This document shows positions 1 to 9,563 of a stretch of DNA of 24,849 bases, piece after piece (the first letter of the stretch is position 1; every line of letters begins with the position of its first letter). The position numbers were made by a program, and so were the translations under genes. The stretch spans positions 1 through 24,849 of the forward strand of contig CBDUQR010000039.1 in the NCBI GenBank assembly GCA_965369655.1. The letters are read 5' to 3'. Source of the DNA: an uncultured bacterium (GTDB lineage Bacteria; Zixibacteria; MSB-5A5; JAABVY01; JAHJOQ01). Below the pieces are notes generated by a model, which saw only the letters and a list, made by a program, of their open reading frames with translations, searched no databases and was not told the origin of the DNA.

Positions 1-250
1 CTCGAAAGAGCATTATCAAACACTTCACCAACGTTCATGAAATGTTCGGGCTAAGCCTATTCTGCTGAGATTCATAGAGTTACACACAACAGCATCCGTC
101 GAATCCATATTGCCAATAATCGTCTGAATCATATCCTTTCGGGACAGTGCATCCGGGGTTCTCGCCTCTGTCAGCATATCGCAGTTGTCCAATGATTGAC
201 CAGCCTGACAGCTTGGGTGATTATCCGTCCTGCCGATAAACATAGCACGT

Positions 251-799
251 ATGTTTTTGCCATTTATGACATTCGAGGAGCCATCCGGGCAGGACGAGCA
301 GACACAGTTCCCCGAGCAGTTCGATGGAGTGGTCTCTCCCGCTCCGGGCAGCGACACGCTCCCTGAAGTGAAACACGACGTCACAGACCTGCCGAGGATA
401 CCGGTCGTTCAGGAAGAGGCATCCCGTTCCAGCAGGCTCGCAGCGAGGCTGATCGACGGAATCATTGTTCTCATCCCATGGATCATAGCATCGTTCAGCG
501 CTGATGGTATCTTCTCTACGCTGTTCGGATTCAGCGTAATCGCAATAATCGTCTATCAGTTCATACTGCTTTCGAGAGAAGGACAGACAATCGGCAAACG
601 CATAATGAATATCCGGATCGTGAAAAACGATTCAGGCGAGACAGGCGGGTTTGTCACAAATGTGCTGCTCAGAGAGATCGTCAATGCCGTTCTCGGTTTC
701 ATTCCCTTCTACTCTCTGGCGGATATTCTCTTTATCTACCGGGAAGATCACAGGTGTATCCACGATCTCATAGCGAAAACCAAAGTCATTCGTGACTGA
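251..799 (+). CDS. RDD family membrane protein
   Basis: ASRSSRLAARLIDG, GQTIGKRIMNIRIV and RCIHDLIAKTKV match RDD-family motifs; hydrophobic segments present. Alternative start at ATG 266. Confidence 0.9.
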   Translation: MFLPFMTFEEPSGQDEQTQFPEQFDGVVSPAPGSDTLPEVKHDVTDLPRIPVVQEEASRSSRLAARLIDGIIVLIPWIIASFSADGIFSTLFGFSVIAIIVYQFILLSREGQTIGKRIMNIRIVKNDSGETGGFVTNVLLREIVNAVLGFIPFYSLADILFIYREDHRCIHDLIAKTKVIRD

Positions 800-851
800 C
801 GCGTTCTCCGATTCTCTCCGCTCTGCGAACATATCCCCCGCAACTAATCGA

Positions 852-879
852 TTGACAACGAGAATGAATGCGGTAGCTT
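852..879 (+). promoter_or_regulatory. putative sigma70 promoter of lepA
   Basis: TTGACA (852-857)-N16-TAGCTT (874-879), 25 nt upstream of ATG 905. Confidence 0.5.
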
Positions 880-904
880 GTCCGGCTTTGAGGATACGAT
901 ACTT

Positions 905-2701
905 ATGGACAGACTGCGGAATTTCTCGATAATAGCGCACATCGATCATGGCAAGTCTACTCTCGCAGATCGCCTCCTCGAAGTGACACAGACTTTGAAT
1001 CAGCGCGACATGCATGCCCAGGTGCTCGACTCGATGGACCTGGAGCAGGAGCGTGGAATCACGATAAAACTCCATGCCATTCGCATGAACTACACGGCTG
1101 CCGACGGTTCCAGCTATGTACTCAATCTGATAGATACCCCCGGGCATGTAGATTTCACCTACGAGGTCTCCAGATCGCTCGCCTGCTGTGAGGGAGCTCT
1201 CCTGATCGTTGATGCGTCACAGGGGATCGAGGCGCAGACCATATCGAATCTCTACCTGGCGCTCGAACACGACCTGACAATCATACCGATTGTCAACAAA
1301 ATCGACCTGATGCACGCCGACGTCGAGGGGACATGTACGCAAATCATCGATCTTCTTGGCGTCGAGCGAGATGAGATACTGCTCGTCTCAGCCAAAGAAG
1401 GCATCGGAATCGATGCGGTCTTTGATGCAATCGTAACGAGAATCCCGCCCCCTGTCGGCCGCTCGGACGGTCCCGCTCGCGCCATGATATTCGATTCGGT
1501 GTTCGATTCGTACCGTGGCGCTGTCCCCTATATTCGGGTCGTGGATGGCGAAATCAGAAAGGGAGACCACATTGCGCTGTATTCCAGCAACAGAACATTC
1601 GAGGTCTCCGAAATCGGATATCTCCGGTTGAAGAAGATCCCGACCGAGAGTCTGAAGGCAGGTGAGGTCGGATATATAGTCGCATCCATCAAGAACATAT
1701 CGGATACGAGAGTCGGCGACACGATCTTCATGGGCAAAAAGCGCGAGATAGAACCTCTCTCCGGCTTTCGTGATATCAAGCCGATGGTATACGCAGGCAT
1801 CTACCCCGCCAGTTCCGAGAATTACGAAGAACTCCGAGGCTCGATCGAAAAGCTCAAGCTCAACGATGCATCGCTCCTGTTCGAACCAGAGACATCGGAG
1901 GCTCTCGGCTTTGGGTTTAGGTGCGGTTTTCTCGGACTCCTGCACATGGAGATCATTCAGGAGAGACTTACCCGCGAATACGATCTGACAATCGTAAACA
2001 CAGTTCCCAACGTCGAATACAGAGTCACAAAATCTTCAGGTGACGTGGTTTATGTCGACAATCCCGCCCGCCTGCCCGCACCACAGGATATTGAGTTCAT
2101 AGAGGAGCCATTCGTTGACGCACAGATCATCACTCCATCAGAATTTATCGGGAATGTGATGAAGCTGACTCAGGAGAGACGCGGCATATATCTGACCACA
2201 GAGTACATCGATCCGAAGAGGGCGAACCTGAAATACAGGCTTCCCCTGGCGGAGATCATATTCGATTTCTACGACAAGCTGAAGTCGATTACGCGCGGAT
2301 ATGCGTCACTCGACTATGATATGGCCGGTTTCGTGCGATCCGACCTCGTCAAGCTCGACATTCTCATCAACGACGATCCTGTCGACGCTTTGTCATATAT
2401 CCTGCATCGCGCAAAGGCAGCGCAATGGGGCAGGCGGCTGACAGCGAAACTCCGCGAACTCATCCCCCGACAGATGTTCGAGGTCGTCATACAGGCGGCT
2501 CTCGGATCGAGAATAATCTGCCGCGAGACCGTCAGGCCGCTCCGTAAGAATGTCACGGCCAAGTGCTACGGCGGCGACATTACCCGCAAACGCAAACTGC
2601 TCGAACGTCAGAAAGAGGGCAAGAAGCGTCTGAAACAGGTCGGCAACGTCGAGATTCCCCAGGAAGCCTTCCTCGCAGTGCTTCAGATTGAAAAGGACTG
2701 A
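905..2701 (+). CDS. lepA: translation elongation factor 4 (LepA)
   Basis: [48 protein letters not shown] and C-terminal [27 protein letters not shown]. Start moved to ATG 905 (MDRLRNF), which has GAGG upstream. Confidence 0.99.
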   Translation: MDRLRNFSIIAHIDHGKSTLADRLLEVTQTLNQRDMHAQVLDSMDLEQERGITIKLHAIRMNYTAADGSSYVLNLIDTPGHVDFTYEVSRSLACCEGALLIVDASQGIEAQTISNLYLALEHDLTIIPIVNKIDLMHADVEGTCTQIIDLLGVERDEILLVSAKEGIGIDAVFDAIVTRIPPPVGRSDGPARAMIFDSVFDSYRGAVPYIRVVDGEIRKGDHIALYSSNRTFEVSEIGYLRLKKIPTESLKAGEVGYIVASIKNISDTRVGDTIFMGKKREIEPLSGFRDIKPMVYAGIYPASSENYEELRGSIEKLKLNDASLLFEPETSEALGFGFRCGFLGLLHMEIIQERLTREYDLTIVNTVPNVEYRVTKSSGDVVYVDNPARLPAPQDIEFIEEPFVDAQIITPSEFIGNVMKLTQERRGIYLTTEYIDPKRANLKYRLPLAEIIFDFYDKLKSITRGYASLDYDMAGFVRSDLVKLDILINDDPVDALSYILHRAKAAQWGRRLTAKLRELIPRQMFEVVIQAALGSRIICRETVRPLRKNVTAKCYGGDITRKRKLLERQKEGKKRLKQVGNVEIPQEAFLAVLQIEKD

Positions 2702-2708
2702 CCTATCC

Positions 2709-2735
2709 TCAATTATCGTCCCGTTCTGCCGATAA
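2709..2735 (+). promoter_or_regulatory. sigma28(FliA)-type promoter-like motif upstream of lepB
   Basis: TCAA (2709-2712)-N15-GCCGATAA (2728-2735) in the 43-bp lepA-lepB gap. Confidence 0.45.
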
Positions 2736-2744
2736 TTCATATCG

Positions 2745-3449
2745 ATGAGCCAGTTGCAACCCGAAGCGGTCGCCACTTTCGGCAGGACCCGCATGATCAA
2801 GCGCAGAGCTCGCGCTCGCGCAAGAGACTATGTCGAGGCGATCCTGATCGCCCTCGTAATCGCAGTGATTCTGAGGGTTTTCGTCATCCAGGCTTACAGG
2901 GTCGAATCGGGATCGATGGAGGAAACGCTTTTAGAAGGCGACTTCCTTTTCGTCAACAAGTTTATTTACCACTTCAGAGACCCGGCACCCGGCGACATCA
3001 TTGTTTTTGAGTACCCCCTGAATCCGTCGAAGGATTTCATCAAGCGAGTAATCGCAACCGAGGGCCAGACCGTCGAAGTCGTCAACAAGAAGCTCTACAT
3101 CAACGGTCAGGAGGCTTTCGATCCACTCGGCACCAAACACAGTGACACCAGGTATCTGCCCCCTGAACTGTCGACTCGTGACTTCTTTGGACCGAAACAG
3201 GTCCCACCCGGACAGCTCTTCGTGCTGGGCGACAACAGGGATGATTCCCGGGATTCTCGATTCTGGGGATTCGTGGACAGGACAGCCGTCAAGGGCAAAG
3301 CGGTAATGATCTATTTTTCATGGATGCCTGATCCGAACGCGCCGAGATGGTCGGCGCCATACATCGACAAGGTATTCAGCATCTTCTTCTACAACCTCGC
3401 TCACTTCCCGTCGAGAGTCGGCTGGTCCAGACTATTCAGAGTTTTCTGA
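2745..3449 (+). CDS. lepB: signal peptidase I
   Basis: N-terminal TM helix, SGSMEETL (catalytic Ser), DFIKRVIA (catalytic Lys), GDNRDDSRDSRFWGFV; lepA-lepB synteny. Alternative start at ATG 2793, preceded by AGGA. Confidence 0.97.
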   Translation: MSQLQPEAVATFGRTRMIKRRARARARDYVEAILIALVIAVILRVFVIQAYRVESGSMEETLLEGDFLFVNKFIYHFRDPAPGDIIVFEYPLNPSKDFIKRVIATEGQTVEVVNKKLYINGQEAFDPLGTKHSDTRYLPPELSTRDFFGPKQVPPGQLFVLGDNRDDSRDSRFWGFVDRTAVKGKAVMIYFSWMPDPNAPRWSAPYIDKVFSIFFYNLAHFPSRVGWSRLFRVF

Positions 3450-3459
3450 GACATTCAGG

Positions 3460-4227
3460 TCAGTCTATCCGAAGCGTCAGCCCCTCTTCAGCGAAATCCA
3501 GGTTCGCGTAACCATGCTTCGCAAATTGCGCCATTGCGGATTCACGGTCGAACTCTTCAGGAAGATGTGTCAGCAGGCAGCGTTTCACATTCCTTTCGAT
3601 GAGAAAATGCGGCAATCTGTCTAAGTCGAGATGCATTCCTTCGGTAAGCAACAGGTCAGCATCAGAGGCGATATCAGCGAGGTCGTCGAGCCTGCCGATG
3701 TCAGCCGAATAGACTAACTTCCTTCCATTGGCCGCGACAGCAAAGCTGAAACATTGCATGCGATTCGGATAGCTGTGTGACTGCAGGAATTCGTCGTGGC
3801 CCCTCAGATGCGAATTTTCTCTGGCGCGAACCCGTATCAAGCCATCGTCGTACACGCTGTTGTCATCGATAGTCCTGACATCGAGATCAAAACGCAGCTT
3901 CCGGGGAAACAGGTAGAACGCCTTGAGCATTTCCTCGAACGGCGACTCGAACTCCGAAGGAACGTGTATCGTAAGTTCCTTTGTACGCGACCTCAGATAC
4001 TCCATCTGGAGGAACAGGAAGATGCCCGTCACATGATCCGGATGTGTGTGAGAAATAAATACGTTGCTGATAGTGGAGGTATCGACAGAACACCTCAGCA
4101 TTGCCGATGGCGCTCCACCGCCGCAGTCGAACATATAGCTGCGACCGGATTGCTCGATCAGATAGCAGGAATGCGCCAGATTCGCAGACGGCATTCCCGA
4201 TGCGCAGCCCACAACGGTCAATTTCAT
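3460..4227 (-). CDS. MBL-fold metallo-hydrolase, RNase Z/BN-like
   Basis: MKLTVVGCASG start, FDCGGG, HTHPDH (HxHxDH), YSAD and LLTHL. ATG at 4227 overlaps the ltaE stop (ATGA). Confidence 0.85.
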   Translation of the reverse strand: MKLTVVGCASGMPSANLAHSCYLIEQSGRSYMFDCGGGAPSAMLRCSVDTSTISNVFISHTHPDHVTGIFLFLQMEYLRSRTKELTIHVPSEFESPFEEMLKAFYLFPRKLRFDLDVRTIDDNSVYDDGLIRVRARENSHLRGHDEFLQSHSYPNRMQCFSFAVAANGRKLVYSADIGRLDDLADIASDADLLLTEGMHLDLDRLPHFLIERNVKRCLLTHLPEEFDRESAMAQFAKHGYANLDFAEEGLTLRID

Positions 4228-5258
4228 GCACCGACCACCTTTCTGAAAGCTGCCATTGCTTCCTCGCACCCTTCCGATGACACATCGAGATGAGTTACGA
4301 TCCTGATTTTGGAATCCGATATCGGCAACGAAAGCGTCCCGCATTTATGCCATTTAGCACAAATATCCGGGGCGGTCATGCCTGTCCCAGCAATATCGAA
4401 TATGACGATGTTAGTCTGCACCGTGTCGAGATCGATCGAGACGCCCTCGATTTTCGCCAGCTCTTCCGAGAGATAGCGCGCATTCGCGTGGTCGTCTGCG
4501 AGTCGTTCAATGTTATTCTCAACAGCATAGATCGCCGCGGCAGCCAGCAGACCGACCTGACGCATCCCCCCGCCAAGCATCTTACGTACCCTGCGTCCTC
4601 GCTCAATAAAATCCTTTGATCCGGCGATGCATGATCCAATCGGAGCGCCGAGACCTTTCGAGAAACAGACCGACACCGAGTCGGCGCATTTCGCATAGTC
4701 AGCAAGCGAAATTCCGGTTGCGACATGCGCATTCCAGAGGCGGGCGCCGTCGAGATGGACCCTGATTCCGCGTTCGTCGGCAAGTTGTCTCAGCTTCTTC
4801 ATCTCGTCGAGTGGGAATATAGACCCGCCTGCCCGATTGTGCGTATTCTCAATCTCGATAAGACTCGTGCCCGGCGTGTGAAACGACTCTGTTCTAATCA
4901 GCGGTTCGACCTGTTCTCTCGTTATAACACCGTTTGAACCGTCGATCATGTTCGTCTGCAAACCGCAGAACACAGCAACATTGGCAACCTCATAGTTGAC
5001 GATGTGCGCAAACCGTTCACAGATGACTTCGTCGCCCGGTTCGGTCTGGGCTTTGAGACAGATCGCATTTCCCATCGATCCCGACGGAACATACAGCCCC
5101 GCCTCCTTGTCGAGCATTTCGGCTATCATGTCCTGCAGGCGATTGACCGTCGGATCGTCACCGAGAACATCGTCACCGACTTCTGCCTCGGCCATCACCC
5201 TGCGCATCTCTTTAGATGGCTTTGTGACTGTATCAGATCGTAGATCGACGTAGCTCAT
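4224..5258 (-). CDS. ltaE: low-specificity L-threonine aldolase (PLP-dependent)
   Basis: VDLRSDTVTKP, VGDDV..DPTV, IENTHNRAGG, HLDGARLWNA, CFSKGLGAPIGS (PLP lysine), GGGMRQ; AAGGA RBS. Confidence 0.96.
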   Translation of the reverse strand: MSYVDLRSDTVTKPSKEMRRVMAEAEVGDDVLGDDPTVNRLQDMIAEMLDKEAGLYVPSGSMGNAICLKAQTEPGDEVICERFAHIVNYEVANVAVFCGLQTNMIDGSNGVITREQVEPLIRTESFHTPGTSLIEIENTHNRAGGSIFPLDEMKKLRQLADERGIRVHLDGARLWNAHVATGISLADYAKCADSVSVCFSKGLGAPIGSCIAGSKDFIERGRRVRKMLGGGMRQVGLLAAAAIYAVENNIERLADDHANARYLSEELAKIEGVSIDLDTVQTNIVIFDIAGTGMTAPDICAKWHKCGTLSLPISDSKIRIVTHLDVSSEGCEEAMAAFRKVVGA

Positions 5259-5278
5259 TGTGATCCTTTCATGCAGTC

Positions 5279-5872
5279 CTATGCAAACAGTCTTATCGCC
5301 AGGTGCATCACAAGCCCCGAGATCAGCGGCACCGACATATTGTCATCGAGTTTGCCGCTTAGTGCCTCGGTCACTGTCGCCGTGAATGCCCCGATGATTC
5401 CTATCCAGAGTGGTATACTGTGTGAGAGTACGATGGCGGGAATCAGCGAGGATAAGAGAAATGCCGCCGAACCTTCAAAGGACTTGTTCCTGAACCGGTG
5501 TCGTCCCCATTTCCTGCCGACCATTGCTGCCGCCGTATCACCGATGATTATGAAGGCAAGCGCACAGACTGCAATCGGCTTGTCGAAGAGAACAATGGTC
5601 AGAATAGCGGCAACGAGAATGTAACTCGCGCCAGAATATCTCTCGGCTTCCTGGGGTCGTATCAGCGGACCCCAGACTGAGCTGACAAGCTTCCAGAGCG
5701 ACCAGCCTCGCAGTCTCGCAGTCTCAAACAGAATGAACAAAAAAGTCAGCACTGACAGAACAGGCAGAACGATGCTCTTGCTGGTCAGAAAATATACCAC
5801 CGGAATAGCGAGTGCAATCAGATGTGTCGCCTTACGAAGTGATTCCCGGGCATACGAAATATCCGGCTGCAT
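5279..5872 (-). CDS. CTP-dependent polyprenol/diacylglycerol kinase-like membrane protein (phytol/dolichol kinase, CTP_transf_1 clan)
   Basis: LRKATHL, GDTAAAMVGRKWGRH, NKSFEGS and LDDNMSVPL motifs; multiple TM segments; GGGAG before ATG 5872 (alternative start 5908). Confidence 0.85.
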   Translation of the reverse strand: MQPDISYARESLRKATHLIALAIPVVYFLTSKSIVLPVLSVLTFLFILFETARLRGWSLWKLVSSVWGPLIRPQEAERYSGASYILVAAILTIVLFDKPIAVCALAFIIIGDTAAAMVGRKWGRHRFRNKSFEGSAAFLLSSLIPAIVLSHSIPLWIGIIGAFTATVTEALSGKLDDNMSVPLISGLVMHLAIRLFA

Positions 5873-5920
5873 TCTACTCCCCGCCTGCTGTCTGCCGGGA
5901 CTATTCATAAGGTTCTGAAT

Positions 5921-7714
5921 CTACTCCGTCGCAACGCTGCCGGAATCCGAAACCGCGACCGGCACGCCCAGAGCATCCTTCTGGAATACGAACTCGCGCA
6001 CGAGCGCTGAATCGACCTCGATCTCGTGTCCCTCGAGCAGAACAGCCCGCCAGGACTGCAATACCGAATCCCGTCTCTCGTCGATCATGCGCTTCCTGAC
6101 TTTCAACTTTGCTTTCTTCAAGGGCACCGACGGTTTACGATCGACGAGCTTTATCAGATGAAAACCGTACTTTGTCTTAGTTGGACGCGAGACATCACCG
6201 GCGTTCAGTATCCCAGCCGCATTCCAGAATTCCTGGGGCATCTCATCCTCGGATATGTAGCCAAGATCAAACAGGGAACTTCGGACCTCCTCGTCTCCCG
6301 GATAGTATTTCATCGCCATCTCTTCGAAATCCGCACCCTTCTCTATTTCTCGCCTGACTCGCTCAGCCTTCATCGAATCCTCGAAGAGGATATGCTGGAC
6401 ATAGAGCGGTTTGGCGGTAAAGTAGTCCTCGGCATTCCCTTTGTAGTACGCTTCTATTTCTTCGTCAGTCGGTTCCCACAGCTTCGCCTGCCCGAGGAGT
6501 CGATACTGATGCTGTCTCTGGAGAATGGTGAAACGCTCGAGATCCTCCGCCGTCTCATCTCTGTCGAAATATCCACGCTTTCTCGCTTCGTTGACAAGCA
6601 CCCTGTTTGCCACGAATCCATCCAATGCGGTTATCTTCTGATCGGCACTGAAATTCGCAAGTCTGTTCTTCAGGCGATAGGTTCGTGCAAACTCCGAAAA
6701 ATCGTAGGCGTATATCGTGTCCCTGCCGTTCACGACAGCGAGCCACTCCATAGGTTGAAAAGTCGTATCATGTCGTTCGAGTACTCGTCTATTGTACTTG
6801 ACATTGGCTGCGTTTTTGAGACTGTCCATAAAATGGGTGCCGTATTGACGCTGACGCTGAAGCATCAGCCCTTCACTGACGTCAACTCGCAATACGTCGT
6901 CGAGCGGCGTGTAGCTTGAGTCCCGTTTTTCGAGCAGCTTCACCAGATGATACCCGTATCCCGTCTGTATTGCGGGAGAGACTTCACCCGGCTCAAGCGA
7001 AAACAGCGTGGAATCGAAAATGTCCGGACTCTGACCCAACTGTATCCATCCGAGCCTGCCACCCTGCTGACCTGAGTTTTTGTCGTGGGAATACTCCCTC
7101 GCCAGTTCCTCGAACGATTCGCCGTCGTTCAGCTTTTCCAGCACTTCAGACATCTGTTCCCGCGCCAGTTTCTCGACACTGTCCTTTGGGACAGAAGAGA
7201 AGTCCTGCCCTTCTTCGGCCCAGTACCGTGGATTCGTCGAGATCAGAATCTGTGCCGCGTTGGCACTCGCCGGACTGAAAAACCGCGCCTTGTTGTTCTC
7301 GTAGAACGTGTCGACATCCTGTTCGGTTATCTCCGACATATCGCTCATGAGATCGTCGCGCATAAGCCTGAGCACGAAGGCCATCTGGTGGTCACGTATT
7401 CTCGTCTGCGCCTGGAAAATCGTATCAATCGCAAAGGTGTCGGCGACCTGAATGACAAGTTCGTCAATAATCAGGGCATCCAGCGTCTCGAAATTGAACT
7501 CAGCCGTATCGCTGACTCGCTTGAGTCCCGTATGCTCAAACCACCCCTGTTTATTGAGCATCTCGTTCAGGTCAGCCAGATTGAGCTGTTTGCCATCGAC
7601 ACTGGCGACTATACGACTCATGTCAAACGTCTTCACCGGTTCGGTCTTCTCGCCCCCGCAGCTCAGGAAAGCCAGAGTTGCCAGAAGAATCAAAGAAAGC
7701 ACATTCCTAACCAT
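5921..7714 (-). CDS. peptidyl-prolyl isomerase lipoprotein with two parvulin (PpiC) domains, SurA/PrsA-like
   Basis: Lipobox LAFLSC; AAQILI...FEELAREYSHD...GGRLGW...GEVSPAIQTGYGYHLVK; second domain VQHILF...DFEEMA...GDVSRPTKTKYGFHLIK. Confidence 0.9.
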   Translation of the reverse strand: MVRNVLSLILLATLAFLSCGGEKTEPVKTFDMSRIVASVDGKQLNLADLNEMLNKQGWFEHTGLKRVSDTAEFNFETLDALIIDELVIQVADTFAIDTIFQAQTRIRDHQMAFVLRLMRDDLMSDMSEITEQDVDTFYENNKARFFSPASANAAQILISTNPRYWAEEGQDFSSVPKDSVEKLAREQMSEVLEKLNDGESFEELAREYSHDKNSGQQGGRLGWIQLGQSPDIFDSTLFSLEPGEVSPAIQTGYGYHLVKLLEKRDSSYTPLDDVLRVDVSEGLMLQRQRQYGTHFMDSLKNAANVKYNRRVLERHDTTFQPMEWLAVVNGRDTIYAYDFSEFARTYRLKNRLANFSADQKITALDGFVANRVLVNEARKRGYFDRDETAEDLERFTILQRQHQYRLLGQAKLWEPTDEEIEAYYKGNAEDYFTAKPLYVQHILFEDSMKAERVRREIEKGADFEEMAMKYYPGDEEVRSSLFDLGYISEDEMPQEFWNAAGILNAGDVSRPTKTKYGFHLIKLVDRKPSVPLKKAKLKVRKRMIDERRDSVLQSWRAVLLEGHEIEVDSALVREFVFQKDALGVPVAVSDSGSVATE

Positions 7715-7741
7715 TTCTGTTTCGATCCTTTCGTTCGTCCA

Positions 7742-8704
7742 CTATTTCAAATCATACAAGAGAGATATTCTGAAGCTATCATCGAGATCGGTATGCCTCA
7801 AGTACGCGATGTCGAGCCTGAATGCCGCTACGGCTATTCCGCCCCCGAGCGCGAGACGGCCCATGTCGGATCCTATTCTCCCAAAAGCGGCCTCCATGAA
7901 TCCAAACTCCACCCCGATCCGTGTATCGGCGGAAATCGACCCCTGCCAGTACTGCGCCGTTTCCCTGTAATTCTCGAACTTGATCTCCGCATCTCCGGCG
8001 ACCGACAGCGTGACGTCCCCGAACGTCCTGGCAATCGCGACACCCGGTATCAGAGTTGGATAGATACTCTCTTTGGTGCCGTTATCATAAGAGAGCAGTG
8101 TGGTCGTGATATCGCGGACCATCATTCCCAGCACAGCATTATCGCTGAGCGAGAATTGCGCCCCCAGGTCTGCACCGAGTCCGTATGCGCTGTTGTCGGC
8201 AATATCCCGATAGACAAATTTGGCAGAAGCGCCGAGCCTCAGGCGGTCGGTCCTTCGGACAGAGTATGACACCAGCAACTGGTAGTCCGCATGCCCTGTC
8301 ACCTTCCTGATAATCGGCACCTGCGGAACCCTGGCATCACCGTCGGTAAGCTTGATTCCGCCTCCGCCGAGTCTCGTCAGGCTTACAGCGCCGACAGGAG
8401 AATCCTCAGCCGATCCCATAGGAGCTGCAAAAGCAATATAGTCATGGTTGAGCAACGCGCCGAATGCCTCTGAGTGCATGAAAGCCAACTGTCTGAATTG
8501 CAATGAAGAGAGTCCCGCCGGATTCCAGAACCCGGCCGTGACATCGTCGACAACCGCGATATGGGCGCCCCCCATCCCGAGTGCTCGCCCACCGACGCCC
8601 ACATGGAAAGGCTCTCCTGCATACTTCGCCGCCTCGCAATCGGACTGAACGCAGGCAATAATGCACAACGCAATCAGCGCCGTATGAACATATCTTCTAA
8701 TCAT
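7742..8704 (-). CDS. PorV/PorQ (UPF0164-like) family outer-membrane beta-barrel protein
   Basis: Signal peptide then AKYAGEPFHVGVGGRALGMGGA..AVVDDVTAGFWNPAGLS; amphipathic beta strands ending FRISLLYDLK. Start taken at ATG 8704 because the predicted promoter lies immediately upstream. Confidence 0.85.
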   Translation of the reverse strand: MIRRYVHTALIALCIIACVQSDCEAAKYAGEPFHVGVGGRALGMGGAHIAVVDDVTAGFWNPAGLSSLQFRQLAFMHSEAFGALLNHDYIAFAAPMGSAEDSPVGAVSLTRLGGGGIKLTDGDARVPQVPIIRKVTGHADYQLLVSYSVRRTDRLRLGASAKFVYRDIADNSAYGLGADLGAQFSLSDNAVLGMMVRDITTTLLSYDNGTKESIYPTLIPGVAIARTFGDVTLSVAGDAEIKFENYRETAQYWQGSISADTRIGVEFGFMEAAFGRIGSDMGRLALGGGIAVAAFRLDIAYLRHTDLDDSFRISLLYDLK

Positions 8705-8711
8705 CGCGAAA

Positions 8712-8740
8712 ATGATATTGGCAACTCGCACTCCTGTCAA
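8712..8740 (-). promoter_or_regulatory. sigma70 promoter of the PorV-like/PPIase/kinase/ltaE/MBL operon
   Basis: Minus strand TTGACA (8740-8735)-N17-TATCAT (8717-8712), 7 nt before ATG 8704. Confidence 0.65.
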
Positions 8741-8793
8741 CAGAAATAACCTGTTCAACAGAGTTACACCATGCTCCTGCAATAGTTTCAAGC

Positions 8794-8836
8794 AAGAAAT
8801 CAGGGAGCGAAGAACCTCCTCCGCTCCCTGAAAAAA
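8794..8836 (-). terminator. intrinsic terminator after the HMA gene
   Basis: Minus-strand hairpin CAGGGAGCGGAG-GAGGTT-CTTCGCTCCCTG (12 bp, one G-U) followed by ATTTCTT. Confidence 0.7.
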
Positions 8837-8894
8837 GTAGTTATCGCCGGGATATTAGCATCCCATATCATCGCCTCTACAGGCTGTCACTTCA

Positions 8895-9410
8895 CTATTT
8901 GCCGGCCTTGCCAGCATTTGCGAACTCGGCCAACTCCGCGTCGGAGTATGGTCCGACCTGCGCATGGTAGCCTGCGCTCTCGACCGCCTTGATCAGCCCG
9001 GCCGAGTTGACAAGATCAGAATCGAATGCGACGTCTGCGGTACCGTTGCGATAGTCGACCGCGACAGATTGCACACCATTGACTTCCTGAAGAGCCTTGT
9101 TGACAACACTCGCACAACCATCACAGGTCATGTAGGCCACTCCGAGTGTGAGGCGGCTCTGGTTGACCGCAGTCGCAACCAGTTTGGAATTGCATAACTG
9201 CTTCTGTGCAGGAGTACAACCCGCTGCGAGCTTATCCTTGCCTGCCGACTTGGCGCAACACCCGGATTTAGCAGCAGTGGTCTTTGTGCAACCGGCACTC
9301 GCCTTGGATGTCTTTGCGGTGCATGAGCCTCCGGCGTACGCCGAGGATGCCAGCGAAATCGCAAACACGACTGCTGTCAGTACGATCATAGCGGTTTTCA
9401 TTCTCTTCAC
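8895..9410 (-). CDS. exported heavy-metal-associated (HMA; MerP/CopZ-like) protein with Cys-rich N-terminal region
   Basis: Signal peptide ending AYA; YMTCDGC..VNKALQEVNGVQSVAVDY...LIKAVESAGY HMA fold. GGAGG lies 5 nt before GTG 9410 (alternative ATG 9401). Confidence 0.85.
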   Translation of the reverse strand: MKRMKTAMIVLTAVVFAISLASSAYAGGSCTAKTSKASAGCTKTTAAKSGCCAKSAGKDKLAAGCTPAQKQLCNSKLVATAVNQSRLTLGVAYMTCDGCASVVNKALQEVNGVQSVAVDYRNGTADVAFDSDLVNSAGLIKAVESAGYHAQVGPYSDAELAEFANAGKAGK

Positions 9411-9563
9411 GATGTCCTCCATTTGTTGACAGTCAATTATTATAAACTTTCATTAATTCTTAAACATAAACAAGATGAAAAAGATTCAGATTATTTTACT
9501 ATTCCAATAAATTCGATCTGCTACCATGTAATTCATCCTGTGCTATGGCCAGCGGGTGTCTTC

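Noticed and set aside
1..384. ORF 25..384 (-), and possible gene fragments at the left edge (e.g. minus-strand MNVGEVFDNALS from ATG 38)
   Set aside because: The 119-aa ORF overlaps the RDD gene and has no motifs. The edge fragments are too short to assign to any frame or family.
4228..4344. 39-aa N-terminal extension of the MBL hydrolase in the ORF track
   Set aside because: It overlaps the ltaE 3' end. The family-typical start MKLTVVG at 4227 forms a standard ATGA overlap.
6026..8269. Long plus-strand ORFs 6026..6919 (297 aa) and 7085..8269 (394 aa)
   Set aside because: They lie antisense to well-supported PPIase and PorV-like genes and show no recognisable motifs; typical antisense shadows of biased codon usage.
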